This document shows, piece after piece, positions 45,501-59,507 of a stretch of 64,000 nt of DNA. The notes beneath the pieces are model-generated. The model saw only the letters and a program-made list of their open reading frames with translations, searched no databases and was not told the DNA's origin. The stretch's first letter is position 1. Each line of letters starts with the position of its first letter. Source of the stretch: Schmidtea polychroa. Taxonomy: Eukaryota. The DNA lies in contig CM097885.1 of NCBI GenBank assembly GCA_044892525.1, positions 7,690,001 through 7,754,000 on the forward strand, written 5' to 3'. A program made the translations under genes and the position numbers.

Positions 45501-48500
45501 GACAGTTCAAAATCATTGATAAAGAAAGCTACGGAAATGACGAATAAATATTTGGCTAGGTGGATCGCAAACAATGGCGGATGGGAAAATTTGATACAAA
45601 AGGCTGAGAGCCCAAAAACCGAGACAGTGAGGAAAAAGGGAAAACTCGCATTTCAATGGTTGATGATTTCTATTATTATGTTATTGGGAATAATAAACAC
45701 GACGAATTCATTGGTGGCATACGACTGCTCCCAAACCGAAATGGGAAGAGTATATTCGTTGGTAAACGTAGCAGAGTGTTCGGATGCATATCCAGTAAAA
45801 TTTAAAGTGACAAATCCAGTAAAATATTATGTATATCAAGAATCGGGATTTCGACGAGTAAAGGTGAGAGAGTGTACAGTGAAACGAATTACTTTTGTAT
45901 TTTATTGTGGAAAATGGAGCCACTCATCGATGGTGAAAATGCAATCGATACCTAGACCGATAGAAATAATTCCAGAGAATTGTTTGGCAGCCTTTCAAAC
46001 AGGACAGTTGAAAATCAATGCAGATCTCAAACTACAAGCAAAGCTTAACCACAAAATCCGTGAGACTGTAACCGTGCGAGGGATAATAAAGTCGAATGGT
46101 GATTGCCAAGGCGAGCCATACAAAGTAGACGATGCTATAATGGACAAAGCCGTGGTTGTGGAAGAGTACATGTCAGAATTAAGAGAATTTGATGGATCAT
46201 TTGATGATGATACTGGTAAACTACAAACACATCCATTCTGCAACATGAAACAATCTAGCTGTCAGACAGGAGAATCAATCTTGGTGTACGATGTCGATAC
46301 CAAAAAGTGCAATTTAGTGCAATTGAAGTCAATGAGTGTTAAAGAAATAACGGGAGAACAGATCAGGGAAAAGCCTGAGAAAATAAGAATGGATCCAGCA
46401 ACGAGTACAACAACAAGAATCACACCTCTACGGATGAAAGATACTCCAACAGTGTTAATGTCAACCTCGGAGGAAGATGGGATGCGATTCCTGAGAAAAG
46501 AAACTAAAACAAAGTGTGGACAAAATGTCTATGAGACAAATTATAAAGGTATATATGTATCTCAGAAGATGATTACAGAGGCCCAAACAAACATACATGC
46601 CGGAGATATTAAGTTGACAAATTACTTTAATAACAAAATAGATTATTTATTTCACTTTGGTCAAAATACTGTTGAAAATGTGTACCGAGAAGTTATTATA
46701 AATGATTGCAATCTCAACAAAGAAATACTCCGAAATCGGATGGCAATGGCTATAACCAATCCTAATTTGGTAGCACCAATGTTAATTGCAGAAAATGGAG
46801 TGTTCGCCAGAATTTTCGGTGAAGCACTATATAGCTATAAATGTAAAGCGGTACCAGTTAAACTGACAAAGTATGACCAATGCACCAACGAGTTACCAGT
46901 GAATTTAAATGGAAAGTTGCGATTTATGGAGCCTGTAACACGAATCTTACTGGAAGAGGACGTGAAACCGAAAGTGTTACAGTGCAATAGATTGTTGGCA
47001 CCACTATACAGACTAACACCAGAATCTTGGATTGCATTACCAAATCATCGAGAAGTAAAGACACCGGAAAACTTAGAATTGACAGAATTACAATATCTGG
47101 TAAATTTTACGTCGTTAGAAAAATTGTCGCAAAGTGGAATTTACTCGAACGAAGACATTGAGGAAGCTCGCAGAAACTTGTTATTTCCATCAAAGAAAGA
47201 AAGAGTAATAATGGAAATGGTAGATACAATTCTCCCAAGCGGAAGTGGGAAGGTAAATTATGAGTATTTGTTAACTCCAGATCATTACAAGAAAGCGACG
47301 TATAATACAATGAAAAAGATCTGGGGAAAGTTTATGTTCATTGGACAAGCGTGTGCCGGATTGATTGGAATTTACGTAATATGTGTTGTAATCAAAGTAA
47401 TAATATCGCAGGTCCTGTCAACACACAGATTATACGCGATCACAGGTTGGTCGTGGAAACTAGTAATTGGTTGCATACCACTATTGGCTAGATTCTTCAT
47501 TACTCATCATCAATATCAATAGTTGGAGATACTCAAGGCGCGAATATTAAAGAAGAAAAAGGTGAGCTACGCTAGTACTACCCCTTCAAGGGACGAGAAT
47601 AACGACAATGACAACGAGGGTGATAGTGCACCGTTATATGTTGACAATCAAGAACTAAGTGGAATGAATAAAGAAGCGTTGAGAACCTATCAAATCTTAA
47701 AAGAGCCACTGTTGAATGCGAGTAGCGTAGACACGTTTAAAAAATTGTGTATACCAAAATCATTTATGCAACAAGCACCAGTGTATCCAGTTGATCGATT
47801 ACGAGAGATGAAACCAGTGGAAAATATCGCATTACAATGTGAAGGAATGGTAGGAGAGAGAATCGAGCCTTCTAGCGCAGAGATCGAGAGAAAAAACATG
47901 TTAGGCTTACCATGCAACTACTCAATGATGACATTAACAAAAAGAGGAAAGCAACCCCGAATATTTATACAAGTGAACAAACATAAAGTGGAAGCTTTAG
48001 TCGATTCGGGATCTAGTCACACAATAATATCGGAAAATGTATTAAACGCGAAGGAAAAAATGCGAATAAAGCCTACCGACGAAATAGTGAGGTCATTATC
48101 AAAAAATGAATTAAACATAATTGGACAACTTAACGTCATATTCCATATTGGAGATCGAATAATAGCGCAAGATGCGCTCATAATGAAGGGAAGTCCAGCA
48201 CGATGTCTGATCGGCATGGATATATTAGAGCAGCTGGACGGAGTCTCACTTGATTTAAAGACAGGTAATTTGATAGCAGGAGAAACAGGAGAAATAATTC
48301 ACAGGGCAGGTGAAGTGTTTGTGAATCAGACATTGACAATACCACCACAATCGGAGATGGTATATTGTGCAAATACCATGAGTGTGGATAATGGTGATTT
48401 TATATTCGAACCAAATGAAACGCTAATCAAAAAATATGATTTACCGATATGTGACGAAGTTGTCAAAGTGGAAAATCAGATAGTACCATTCCATATAACG

Positions 48501-49646
48501 AATAGCAGTAAGAAACCGGTTCAGCTACACCCAAAAACAAAATTGGGAAAATTATCAAAAATGTCTATTGAAACAAATTGCAAAATACCAAGAAACGTCA
48601 AAGTGTATAAGGAGCCTGAAGTGGTAAGCAATGATTTAAATGAGATGCAGAAAAAGGAATTCACAAAACTGTTGAGAAAATACCGAGATATCTTTGCTAA
48701 ACACGAATATGATTTAGGTTTAACCAATGTAATTGAGCATGAAATACCGTTATTAGACGAAACTCCAATAAAAATAAAGCCATACAGAATCCCCTACGTT
48801 CATCAAGATGAAAGTGATAGACAGATTACAGCAATGAAGGAATTTGGAATAATTCGAGATAGCGCGTCACCATTCTCCTCATCAATAGTGATAGTTAAGA
48901 AAAAAGATGGAGACTTACGATTTTGCGTAGATTATCGGAAGCTAAATCAAGTTACGAGGAAAGACACTTATCCAATTCCGGTACCCCAAGAAATGTTTGA
49001 TCAAATGGGAGAGGCACGATATTTCACAGTTATTCATTTAAACAAAGGGTACAATCAATTTAGAGTAAAAGAGGAAGATAGAGGAAAGACGGCGTTCTCG
49101 GATGGCAAAGGACTGTATGAGTTCAATGTGTTACCATTTGGATTAACAGGAGCCCCAGCTACATTCCAACGAGGAATGAATTATGTGTTACGAGGAATTC
49201 GACATGCATTGGTATAAGTCGACGATATAATAATATTTTCAAATGATTTTGAAGAACATCTGAAAGATGTAGAAACTGTATTTAAACGGCTCAAAAGTGC
49301 AAAATTAAAAATCAAACCATCGAAATGTGAATGGGGCAAAGCAGAAGTGATTTATGTTGGACATATAATATCACGGCGAGGGTTACAAACTAATCCAGAT
49401 AACATCAAAAAAGTGGAAGAGTACCCAGTACCAAAAGATGCCGATGAGGTTAGAAAATTTTTAGGTTTGGCTAGCTATTACCGAAAATTTATAAAAGATT
49501 TCTCTCATATCGCACAACCATTGAATACGTTACTAAAGAAAAACAATAAATTTATTTGGGGACAAATGCAACAAAACGCTTTCAATACATTAAAAGAGAA
49601 ATTAGTAACAACTCCTATATTAAGATGTCCAGATTTTACAAAACAG
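42594..49646 (+). pseudogene. Single-frame polyprotein Gag-UBL-UBL-Bcl2-like-Env(class III)-PR-RT with three in-frame stops (43035, 47520, 49215)
   Basis: All four ORFs share one frame; three CCHC knuckles, LVDSGSSH protease, LRFCVDYRKLN, LPFGLTGAPATFQ, V*VDD (YxDD), truncated at PILRCPDFTKQ. Confidence 0.93.
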
Positions 49647-50267
49647 TCTAATATTAATAATAATGGTAATAATGATGAAAGAAAAAATATAAATAAAAAA
49701 AAAAAAAAATTACCTTGCGACTGGGAATAAATTAGACAAATATTTTGCACATAAAAATCGATCAAACCGTAAAGACACACACACACAGACAGACACACAA
49801 GCATATCCCATCAACTGCTCAACTCTGTTATTAACCACAATTTTATCCATATTCTTGGTAAACCGTATTCATCTTGAACAATAACAACAACCACAGCTAA
49901 TATCATCACGCTACTAACAATGTAGTATAAGAAATTTTCAATAAATTTTACTGTTGATTTCCACCAAAGTCGCCAGTCTAATCAATTAATGAATTCATAA
50001 ATTCGCACACAAAAAATTGTAAAAATGCAAATTGTAACAAAATATAATTTAATCAGATACTATTTAAAAATTTCTTTTTATTCACACCACATAACCAAAA
50101 TAGGAGCAATATACACTTTCAAAATGCAGGAATATCTTTTTAATATCCTGAAATAATAAACTAAATGTAGGAATATCTCTATAATATCCTAAAATAATTA
50201 ATTTCAATACTCTGAAACTACAATAACCTTACCAGACTGTCGTCAGTCTACTTGATTTATTAATTTT

Positions 50268-50457
50268 TAATAGACGTCCCGATGAAAAATTATTTACCTC
50301 AATTAATAGACGTCCAGATAAAAAGTATTTCCCTTAATAAACGTCCCGATAAAAAATTATTTACCTCAATTAATAGACGTCCAGATAAAAATTATTTCCC
50401 TCAATTAATAGACGTCCCGATAAAAATTATTTCCCTCAATTAATAGACGTCCCGATA
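50268..50457. repeat. ~34-bp tandem repeat (TTAATAGACGTCCCGATAAAAATTATTTCCCTCAA)
   Basis: About six copies inside the replaced segment of the LTR element. Confidence 0.85.
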
Positions 50458-50567
50458 ATTGCGATAATTGGAGTAGGATTGTGATAAATAATAATATTGA
50501 TAAAATAATAATATTGATAATAATAATGGTGATGATAGTGGTAATAACAGTAATAATTATAACAATA

Positions 50568-50616
<49 letters not shown>

Positions 50617-52652
50617 TTGATAGTAGTAATAATAATAGTAGTAGTAGTAATTTTTCAAGTTTATTTCTCATTTAAATTGATATCTCTTTATTGCTAAATA
50701 TAATAAAAATATATTAAAAATATTATTTATAACCTAATATAAAAAAAAGTCCTAACCTGAATATTTAAGCTATATTTACGTACTTATTTCTTAATTCATT
50801 TGTTTAAATTATACTAATTTACTTCAATCTTAAAAATATAAATTAATAAACCCAAAAAAAATCTTTTGTAAAAAATATTTCAGAATATAAAAAATTTCAT
50901 TATTTTATTGAACCTCCGATTTGAGCTGGAATTCTGAGATTTGATCGACAGATTAGATAAATATACATTTCAAACCTGTGCTATAATTCTCATAATTTAA
51001 TGTTGTCAGTGCATATCGATTTTTCCCCAACTTATCAATCATCGGTTTTGATAAAGAATCAATGACTAAGAATAATTCGAATTTTTATACAATTAATACA
51101 AAAAAAAAATTAATCTAACCATTCCGTGTTTCTTCTTCGACGTTTTGTAGCATACATGGTTTTTATAACCCAATCGTTAACCATAAATAAGTGTGAATGA
51201 AATTTAGGCCAAACTCTAATAAAAAAAAAAAAATAAATAAATATATTTTCGTTAAATTCGTTTGCGAAAATCAAGTGATTGAATTTTCCTAGAAATCTCC
51301 TGCTTTTAAAAAGCTATATTTTCTCTCTTTCAGCCGTTGACAAATGGCCAAGAGAGTAGGAGAGAAATTTCCAACCATAAAAGAAACTGGAATTAGTTAT
51401 GTGGATCCAATCAAATTCATTTTAAAAATATTGTTGATATTTCTTCCCAGACCTGTACGATTAGAAATAGGTTGTGTGCGACAGCAAATGCGAGTAACGA
51501 TTATAGTCACAACATTAAAAATTCGATTGAAAGAGAAAATTTATTTCCTTTGCCCGATGAAAAGGTATTACATTATCAGTCAATTATGCGTGCGTGTTAA
51601 TTAGTTTTTTGATCAAAAAACAATTACAAATCTAAAGTAATTTAAATGAAAATTCATTGGTAGATATTTTAAGCTAATGCAAATTTATCAATTAATTGCA
51701 TTTACCGATTCGCCTTGGTTTATAAAATTATGTATCCAATATATGTATCCAAAATTCTATTTATTAAAATTTACTAAATTTCTTGAAGTTTTAATCGGTT
51801 AATTAAATTTTTTTAAAGTGATTAAATTTAATATATTCAATCTTTCAATATACGAAATTGATCCGAAAACCCTGTAAAGTATTTTCTTGATAATAGTTCT
51901 TTAAAATAAAACGAATTTCAGATTTTGAGGATTTATAAATAGATACATTCATTTTATTTATCTAATTAACAACAAACACAAAAATAATCTATTATCAAAA
52001 ATAACATCAATAGATTAACATCGAAACGTTGGTGAAATGCGATTTCCTATCCTTGACATGAAGTGCAGCCTTTGTCGTCTCGTGAGCACACCATATTCTC
52101 GCCTTTAATTGATAACTTCTTTAGGATGCCTTTGTCATCCAATATATTTTCGTAAAGCTTTTTAACGTTTTCACCCATTATTAATTTAGAAGCTTTAGTT
52201 AAACTGCCTGTCAACTAAATTTAGAATCATTTTTAACTTGCAAGTAAATTTCTCAAACTTTCTTGGTAATATCCAAATTATCAACACAAATTGAATCAAG
52301 GCGCTTAAATCAAGTCCATTTAAACTAGTCGATTAATTTTCTTAATAAAGCGAAAATGGCATCAAATTAAATTAAAATATTTTAGTTTTACATCGGAAAA
52401 ATTATTATAGATTTTAGAGTTTAAAATTTATTGTTTATTGTAGGAAAGAATAACAGTAATAATAATAATAGTAACAATAATAATATTAATAATAATATTA
52501 CTCGTAAAATAATTAAAAGATTTCTTTCTAAAAATATTTAATAATTTAAAAGTATAAAGTACAATTTAAATGCATGTAAAATTACATCCAAGGACATAAT
52601 CACAGCAAAACATAGATTTCGAGGACGAAAAAATTTTTTAAGGGGGGAGATA

Positions 52653-53709
52653 TGTTGAGGTCTGTAAATTAAAATTAAAAATTTAAATAAAATTTAGGAT
52701 AATAATTCAAATGGAAAGTAAGCGAGGAAAAATGGCGAATAAAAGCGGGATCGTGCATAGAATTAATAGTAAAGGAAAGTGCGATGGAAACAGTATCAGA
52801 AAATGCAAAAAGCAATTACGAAAGGCGAGAATCCGGAAATCCGAGAAAAATCAATAAAGGGAAAAATCATCGAAATCGAATGGGAAAAACGGGACAGGTA
52901 TAGAATAGCTAATGGTCAACAAGATGATGGTTAGGGATTTATCAGAAAAGGGTTAGGAAGGGTCGAAAAACATTCAAACGTATGAAAACAGAAAACGTTA
53001 ATTAATTAATTAATTGGCTAATGGAAAACCCGAGCTAATGGGAAACCCGAGCCAATGGAGAACCCGAGAGATAAAGGAAACCCGAGCTGGGTAAACAAGA
53101 AGAAAGGCAAACAAAAGGAAGATTTGGGCCCATTAGCTTGACACAATGATTAATGGGAAAAGAGTAAGGAGAAGATAGCGCGCGTAGGAAGACCGGTAGG
53201 GCCATTAATTATCTGGATTCGTTGGACCATTATGGGTGACAGCCGAAGCAAACACGTAGGAGAAAATGTCAAACGAAAGATTGGCTCGGCAATAACCATT
53301 TGTCATCCTGATTTCGAGGAGTATATAAGCAAAGGGAAAATCAGAGAAAATCGGCATTCTGCCTCAGCTAGGGTTCGAAGAATTAGACTGTAGGAAAAGT
53401 GGTAAACGATTTAGGGAAGTAGGGAAAAGAAGAAATAGAATTAAGAATACGGAAAGGCGAAAAGAGATCAAACCAAACCGAAACCGAGGAAAACGAGAGT
53501 CAACAGAACTAAAGGATCAAAAGGTGAATATTGTTTGTTTGCAAAGCATCAACGCCGAGCAGAGAATCGTATAAAACTTTGATTGGTAATTGTAGCGTGA
53601 TAATAAATTGTGAACCTGTTGTTTCAATATACGTTGGGTCGTTCATTGTTTTAATTTAAAGAACACAGGAGTCAGAGAGAACCGACTTGAAATAATCCAA
53701 AACCCAACA
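52653..53709 (+). repeat. 3' LTR, preceded by polypurine tract AAGGGGGGAGA
   Basis: Direct repeat of 41113-42169. Confidence 0.96.
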
Positions 53710-55518
53710 GGTAGATAAAGTAGGTTTAGGTAATATTATAGAAACCACGAATAGTTAAGACATTCGATCGTTCAGGATTAGAAGTACAGGCAGATCCCTG
53801 CTCAAATTTTCATGAGAAGTGTTGAAACATGTTTATTAACTTGTGAATAAGGGCCAATCCCTGCTCAAATTTTTTGAAGGATAATTTGGATATTTTAGGG
53901 AGTATATAACAATAATTATTAGATGGACAATAAGGGAAGAGTTGGAAATACCCTTAATTGAGGACCGCAAATGATGTTAAAACAGCATACATAGTGAATA
54001 ATGACGTAAGACCTTCTATCGGCCGTCTAGAACCCGAAGAGAAAATACAATGGGGAGTAGTTTTAGCAATAGAGCTCACCTGCTCATTGCTTTTTCGCCT
54101 TTGTGTACAGTACCAACATGGTCGTCGCCATGGGTACACAAATGGTTTAAGGTGCAATAGTCATGGAGGTGCTTAGGAAAGAGTCGAGCAGATATCTAAA
54201 TTACCCCTGACGTATTTAAAATTCAAAATGACACACCCCTAAGTAACCAACATTATTCAGTAATAATTTGCATTGGCGAAAAACATTTGTAAAGATTAAC
54301 AATTACATTTATAATAATAAAGGTGGTGATGCAAATTTTGAGACCCATATGAAACTGAAAGATAGAATAGGTCCCTGCACAAGTTTTTTTAGGAAACTGC
54401 GACGAATAACATCCGCTGAGAGAATTTGTTTATTTGCATAATTAAATGAAGATAATGACCAATAGACGTTAGAGTTCTCGCACAGTTACTCTTCGGGAAG
54501 TAGTGATGTTAATTGAGACTGAGGCAGTAGTTGGTGGAACGCCGACACGCTCCTCGTAATCTTTTTTGGGAATTTCTGCAGTAAGAAAAATAATAAGGCA
54601 TACAATACCGACTATAAAGAATAAAAAGTAATACTTACGAAAACCATTTTATTGGTAGTCAAATACCCGAAAGGGAGTATAGTTTGGAAATAATTTCGTG
54701 AAATCAGCTCACCAACCAATTAAATCTTTACCACATTATACATTTTAATATGGTTACTAAAAATGGTAATCATGAGTGTAGAAATACCATATTAAAATAA
54801 TTTATCTTTTCGGGTTAAGATCGACTGACTGTTGTGTCGTACTGAGAATCAGAAAGCTTAAATATTTATATGTCTAAAGGGAAATCAGAAGTGATTCTTA
54901 GTCAGACGACCACATGACTATTGAAATTAACTTCCTGCATACCCATAGAGATGGGCATGTTCGTACTGTATACAGTGGTTGAATGTGACTAATACTACTC
55001 TCTGCTTAACATCCACCAGGAAATCTAAACGGCAGGTAGAAGGTCTACCTTCAAAGATGATTAATTACTATAAAAAAAGATTATTGATACCAGGGTTCAT
55101 AATCATTTAAAATCGTTAACCAATGTACTGTGTTGGAACCCATTAAAGAAAAACACATAATAATTTTTAAAAAAATTACTAAGTTATATTAATTATATAC
55201 ACAGACAAATGGCATAAACGAAAAATGGAAATATATAACTAAAGAAACTCTTACAAAAATTCCATATAAGGGTTTATCATGTATAAAGTTCAAATAAAAG
55301 TTACTGATTGATTGAACAGCCACCTTTTATATCAGTTTTACCCTTTTGGGAAAACTGATATTTTCTTGCAATACCATAATAAGTAAACCATTTCAACACA
55401 AATAATGCTTTTTGGTGTAAATTTAAATATTTATAAGAAAATATTACTGAAAAACTTGTTGTATCTTTTAAGATACTTTGATTATTTGCTAGTTAAAGAA
55501 AAAATCTATGAGTCTAAA

Positions 55519-55742
55519 CCCCTTAACGCGCACTGACCTATATATACGTTCGCGCAAAACCGGACAAAATGTGCAGTGACGTGATAGTTTTTGAATAGTT
55601 TTAGTTTATTATTTTTCAGCTAATAAATATTATTATTTTATTCTTACATTATATTGTTATTTATTGAAATTGGTAAAAATATATATTTTCTTAAAGAAAA
55701 AAAATTGATTTTTTTGGTCGTTTTTTTTTGTGCGTTAAGGGG
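55519..55742. mobile_element. piggyBac-like MITE
   Basis: TIR CCCCTTAACGC / GCGTTAAGGGG, flanked by TAAA (left) and TTAA (right). Confidence 0.7.
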
Positions 55743-56225
55743 TTAATTGAATCAGAGTAATCCTAGGGATTAATTAAAAATAATAATTGTTAAATACTGC
55801 AGTTTTACTAAGTTTTGTAAGGAATTTGTGAATCTCAGTTTATTGAATTATTAATTAATAAAATTTTAAAATATTTTGGTACAATTTAAAAATTAAATGC
55901 TACTCATCTACTGAAAGAATTTGTGAAGTTTCAAAATTTTTATGTTCATAAAATCTAAATGTTTTCAAAGTTCTTTAAAACTGGCTATGTAATCACATTT
56001 TAATGATTCTTTAATGCTAAATAAAATACATAACAATTTTATCATATATTAAATTGAAATATTTATATAAATATTTATTTAAGTTTTATTGTATTATTAT
56101 TATTATTGAAATTTGAAGTTCAACCTCAACATTTGTTTAAATTAGTGATTTACTTATTATAATAAATTGTAAAACTTTAAATTATAGTTTTTATCAAAGA
56201 TTTGCTGTCAAATTTCAATTCTGCA

Positions 56226-56443
56226 ATGAGCGCTTTATCTCATTCGAGAAATGGTTATTCAAGGCCTCAGTCATCAGGAAATGTTAGTAAATTAAATTAT
56301 TATATTAAGCAAATTATTTTTTTTAATTAAATTAAGATGTGTGACCTACACATTTACGTAGTTCCACCGGAATTATGGGAAGAGCGACAGAATTTAGCTT
56401 TCAATCAGATCATAAGTGAAACAATTTCAGCTGGATTTGTGAG
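56226..56443 (+). CDS. SPATA1: SPATA1-like gene, first two exons (56226-56282, 56337-56443); later exons not identified
   Basis: Spliced product MSALSHSRNGYSRPQSSGN|MCDLHIYVVPPELWEERQNLAFNQIISETISAGFVR resembles the SPATA1 N-terminus (SRPSSS..LHV..VP..W..ISAGF.R); 54-bp GT-AG intron; absent from the ORF track. Confidence 0.7.
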
Positions 56444-57466
56444 GTTAATTTGTTTTGCTATTAATATTTAAATAATTTTTTAAAGTTTTAAATAATTTTT
56501 TTAAATTTTAAATAATTAAAATTAAATTTTAAAACTTCATAATAACAATAATAATAATAATATAAAATAAATATATTTCGTAGGTATTTTAAAATTATTT
56601 ATTTTTTAATATTTTAGTAGGTTATTTATTTTAAAATTTGAGTTGTTACCATGATAATATTCTAACATAAATGAGTAACGCTTGAATCCATTCAACCGTG
56701 ACTAAATATAATAATTCACTCAATGCTTGATAAGTCAATTTTAAATAAATTAAAAGTTGATAGATATTTTAGTAAATCAGACAAATCCATAAATGTTTAA
56801 CAATGCGGTAAATCGTAGTTATTTTAATGACGAAAAGAATGACGGGGGGGCTGAGACGACCTCGGGATTTTTAACAGGAGGGCTAAATAAAAAGTTTCCT
56901 AACTGTTTATAACTAAGTAATTTAAATGTTACCCCAAAAGCTAGGTGGGGTTAGTGTTTTTGTAGCCACCCATTTCTAAATGCTCTCAGAGCAGTAATAT
57001 ATCAATTAAGTAGCAATCTAAATATAATAATATCTACTGCATACAAAACTCTGGTTTCTTGAACACCAATTTATCTAACCGACTCTTTCAATATTATAAC
57101 TAAAATTAGATAAATTTTGCTTTCATCGTTTCCAACTCCAAATAATCAGGCAACTAGTAATAGCCTTATTATTCATTCATGGTGGCCCATTATAGGATTA
57201 TAGCCTCAAACATGTGAATGTGAAAAATAGGTATACAATACTTTTGCAAATTTTCAGTTCTCTTTTCTGTGTTTTGAGTAAGATGGATTCTTGGTTTAAC
57301 CATCGTAAACTTGTCGTTACTGTTGTTTATTCCATTAATTTTCTTTTTGTAGTAATAAATTCAGCTCATCTTGAAGCGAAATATTATGCGTTGTCGACTG
57401 ACTAGTTTGCATAGTTCCTTACTACTATGACCAGGATCAATCAAATATATTTAAAATATTTATTAC

Positions 57467-57523
<57 letters not shown>

Positions 57524-57663
57524 TCATTGCGTTTAAATTATTTTATTGTTTAATAAATGTATGTTTTATTGATTTGTTTGATAATATCATTATGAGCAGT
57601 ACCCTTACGAAAAATACCCATATGGGGACAGAATATTTTGTCGGATAAACTCAGAGTATATAT

Positions 57664-57725
<62 letters not shown>

Positions 57726-59507
57726 GAATAAAATAAATTTGAAAATAATAATAATATTAATAATAATAAAATTACTTTGAAAATAATAATAAAATTATCA
57801 ATAAATGTTTATTATAAATTCTCCAAACAAATATTAATAAATAGTTAAACATGAATGGCAACGATTTAATTATAAGAAAGCGGCAATCAAACATTCGTTT
57901 CACGATATATTTCGGCAGTTTTCCTGTCATCATCAATTAGGATATAACTATAGCAATTTTAGATTTTTGAACAATCTTATTAATTGTATTAATTATAATA
58001 ATTATATCAATTTTTTAATAAAAATATTTTAATCTTTAAAAATTATAAAAATTATAATTCAAATAATATATTATTCTTTTTTATTTATTTATTTAAATTT
58101 TTTTTTAAATATATATTTGATTCTTAAAAATTAAAAAAAATTATTATTTGAATTATAATTACAGCTGTTTTCAGTTTCTATTAACATGTCCGATAAATCT
58201 TTAATGTAACCCTCTCATAATAGTGTGGTAGACTATTATGATAATTTTATTATAAAAATAGTGGTTACCGAAATATTTAGACTTGGCAATTTTCAACTAC
58301 ATAATACTTTATTCTCTAACTCAATTGGCAAACATGGCGTCATTTACGTTCCCAAACATCGTATGACAGTTCCAAAAGACATTCCTATATGCATAAAACC
58401 GTTTCAGTTACCTTATGATTACACTTTGCAAATTTACAAGAGAACGTTGGTTAGAATTCATTATTGTGTTATTAGTTTCGAAAACAATAAAAAAGACACA
58501 ATATCTATTAATATCACCTTTTTCTCCAAAGGCCACTGGAAACTACCAATAAGTAAGTATAGATACATGGATGAAACTAAAGAAATTTTATTATCACTCC
58601 GTCATAAATAGTCTAGGTTTTTGTATAAATCATAGTCTAAGTGATTATAGGTTGCGATTTATATATTCACTTATTATCCAACCACTTCTCACAATGGAAT
58701 GATATTTTACTAACGTTTCCTATTACTTATATTCATGATCTTATATATATTGTCTCTTACCCCTAAAATCTATTTAAAACCATATACAATAATCATGAAT
58801 CTACAACCAGTCATCGACCTACGAATTCTGCGATTTTAAAACCATAAATATTTTATAAACATTTTTTATTTCTTTTATTGAATTAAAATAATTTGTTTGA
58901 ATATTCAATTCAAATCAATTCAAAAATAATAAAAAATCTCATCTGCCTCCAATTTGTCCTCGACTGCAGATCAATTTTTTTTATTTAACATAACTTTTCG
59001 GCACTGACTTTTCAATTTGGAAACACTTCAAAAAGGAAATGATTAATTTGTGGTGGAAAACTAAATAACTACTTTATTTAAAGTAGGCATTTTTTACGAT
59101 CCATGTATATATAGTAAAACGAACTCGAACTGACCTTAACTTTACATGGCCTACTTAATTTGTATATGAACTATTTAATTATATACTTGACCTCATTAAA
59201 TTTGACCTTAAAGTGACCTTAAAGCAATCACAATGAACTGAACTTAACTAGGAATCGACTTTTTTGACCCTAAGACTACTCTGACCTTAAAAGATAACCT
59301 TTGATAATAAAAATAAAATACTAAAAATTGATTTGCTTTTTTAATCTTATATCTGACAGGAACATCTTTTTTATTTTTTTTCGAATTTGGTATTTATTTT
59401 GTATGTTTTGCCCTGCATTTTATATTTTTGTATTATTTTACATTCTTTCAAATATAAACATAAACTACAAATTGTATTAAATTGGAAAGAAAAAGTAAAG
59501 TTATAAA

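Larger units (their letters stand above)
41113..53709 (+). mobile_element. Ty3/gypsy LTR retrotransposon with Env-like and cargo domains; RNase H-integrase replaced by unrelated DNA
   Basis: 1057-bp LTRs TG...CA, 4-bp TSD GGTA (41109-41112, 53710-53713), PBS, PPT, gag-pro-RT. Confidence 0.96.

Noticed and set aside
58225..58611. 128-aa ORF
   Set aside because: GTG start, no motifs, AT-rich; insufficient support
58959..58976. tRNA-Cys anticodon-arm-like CTCGACTGCAGATCAA
   Set aside because: No A or B box around it; probably chance
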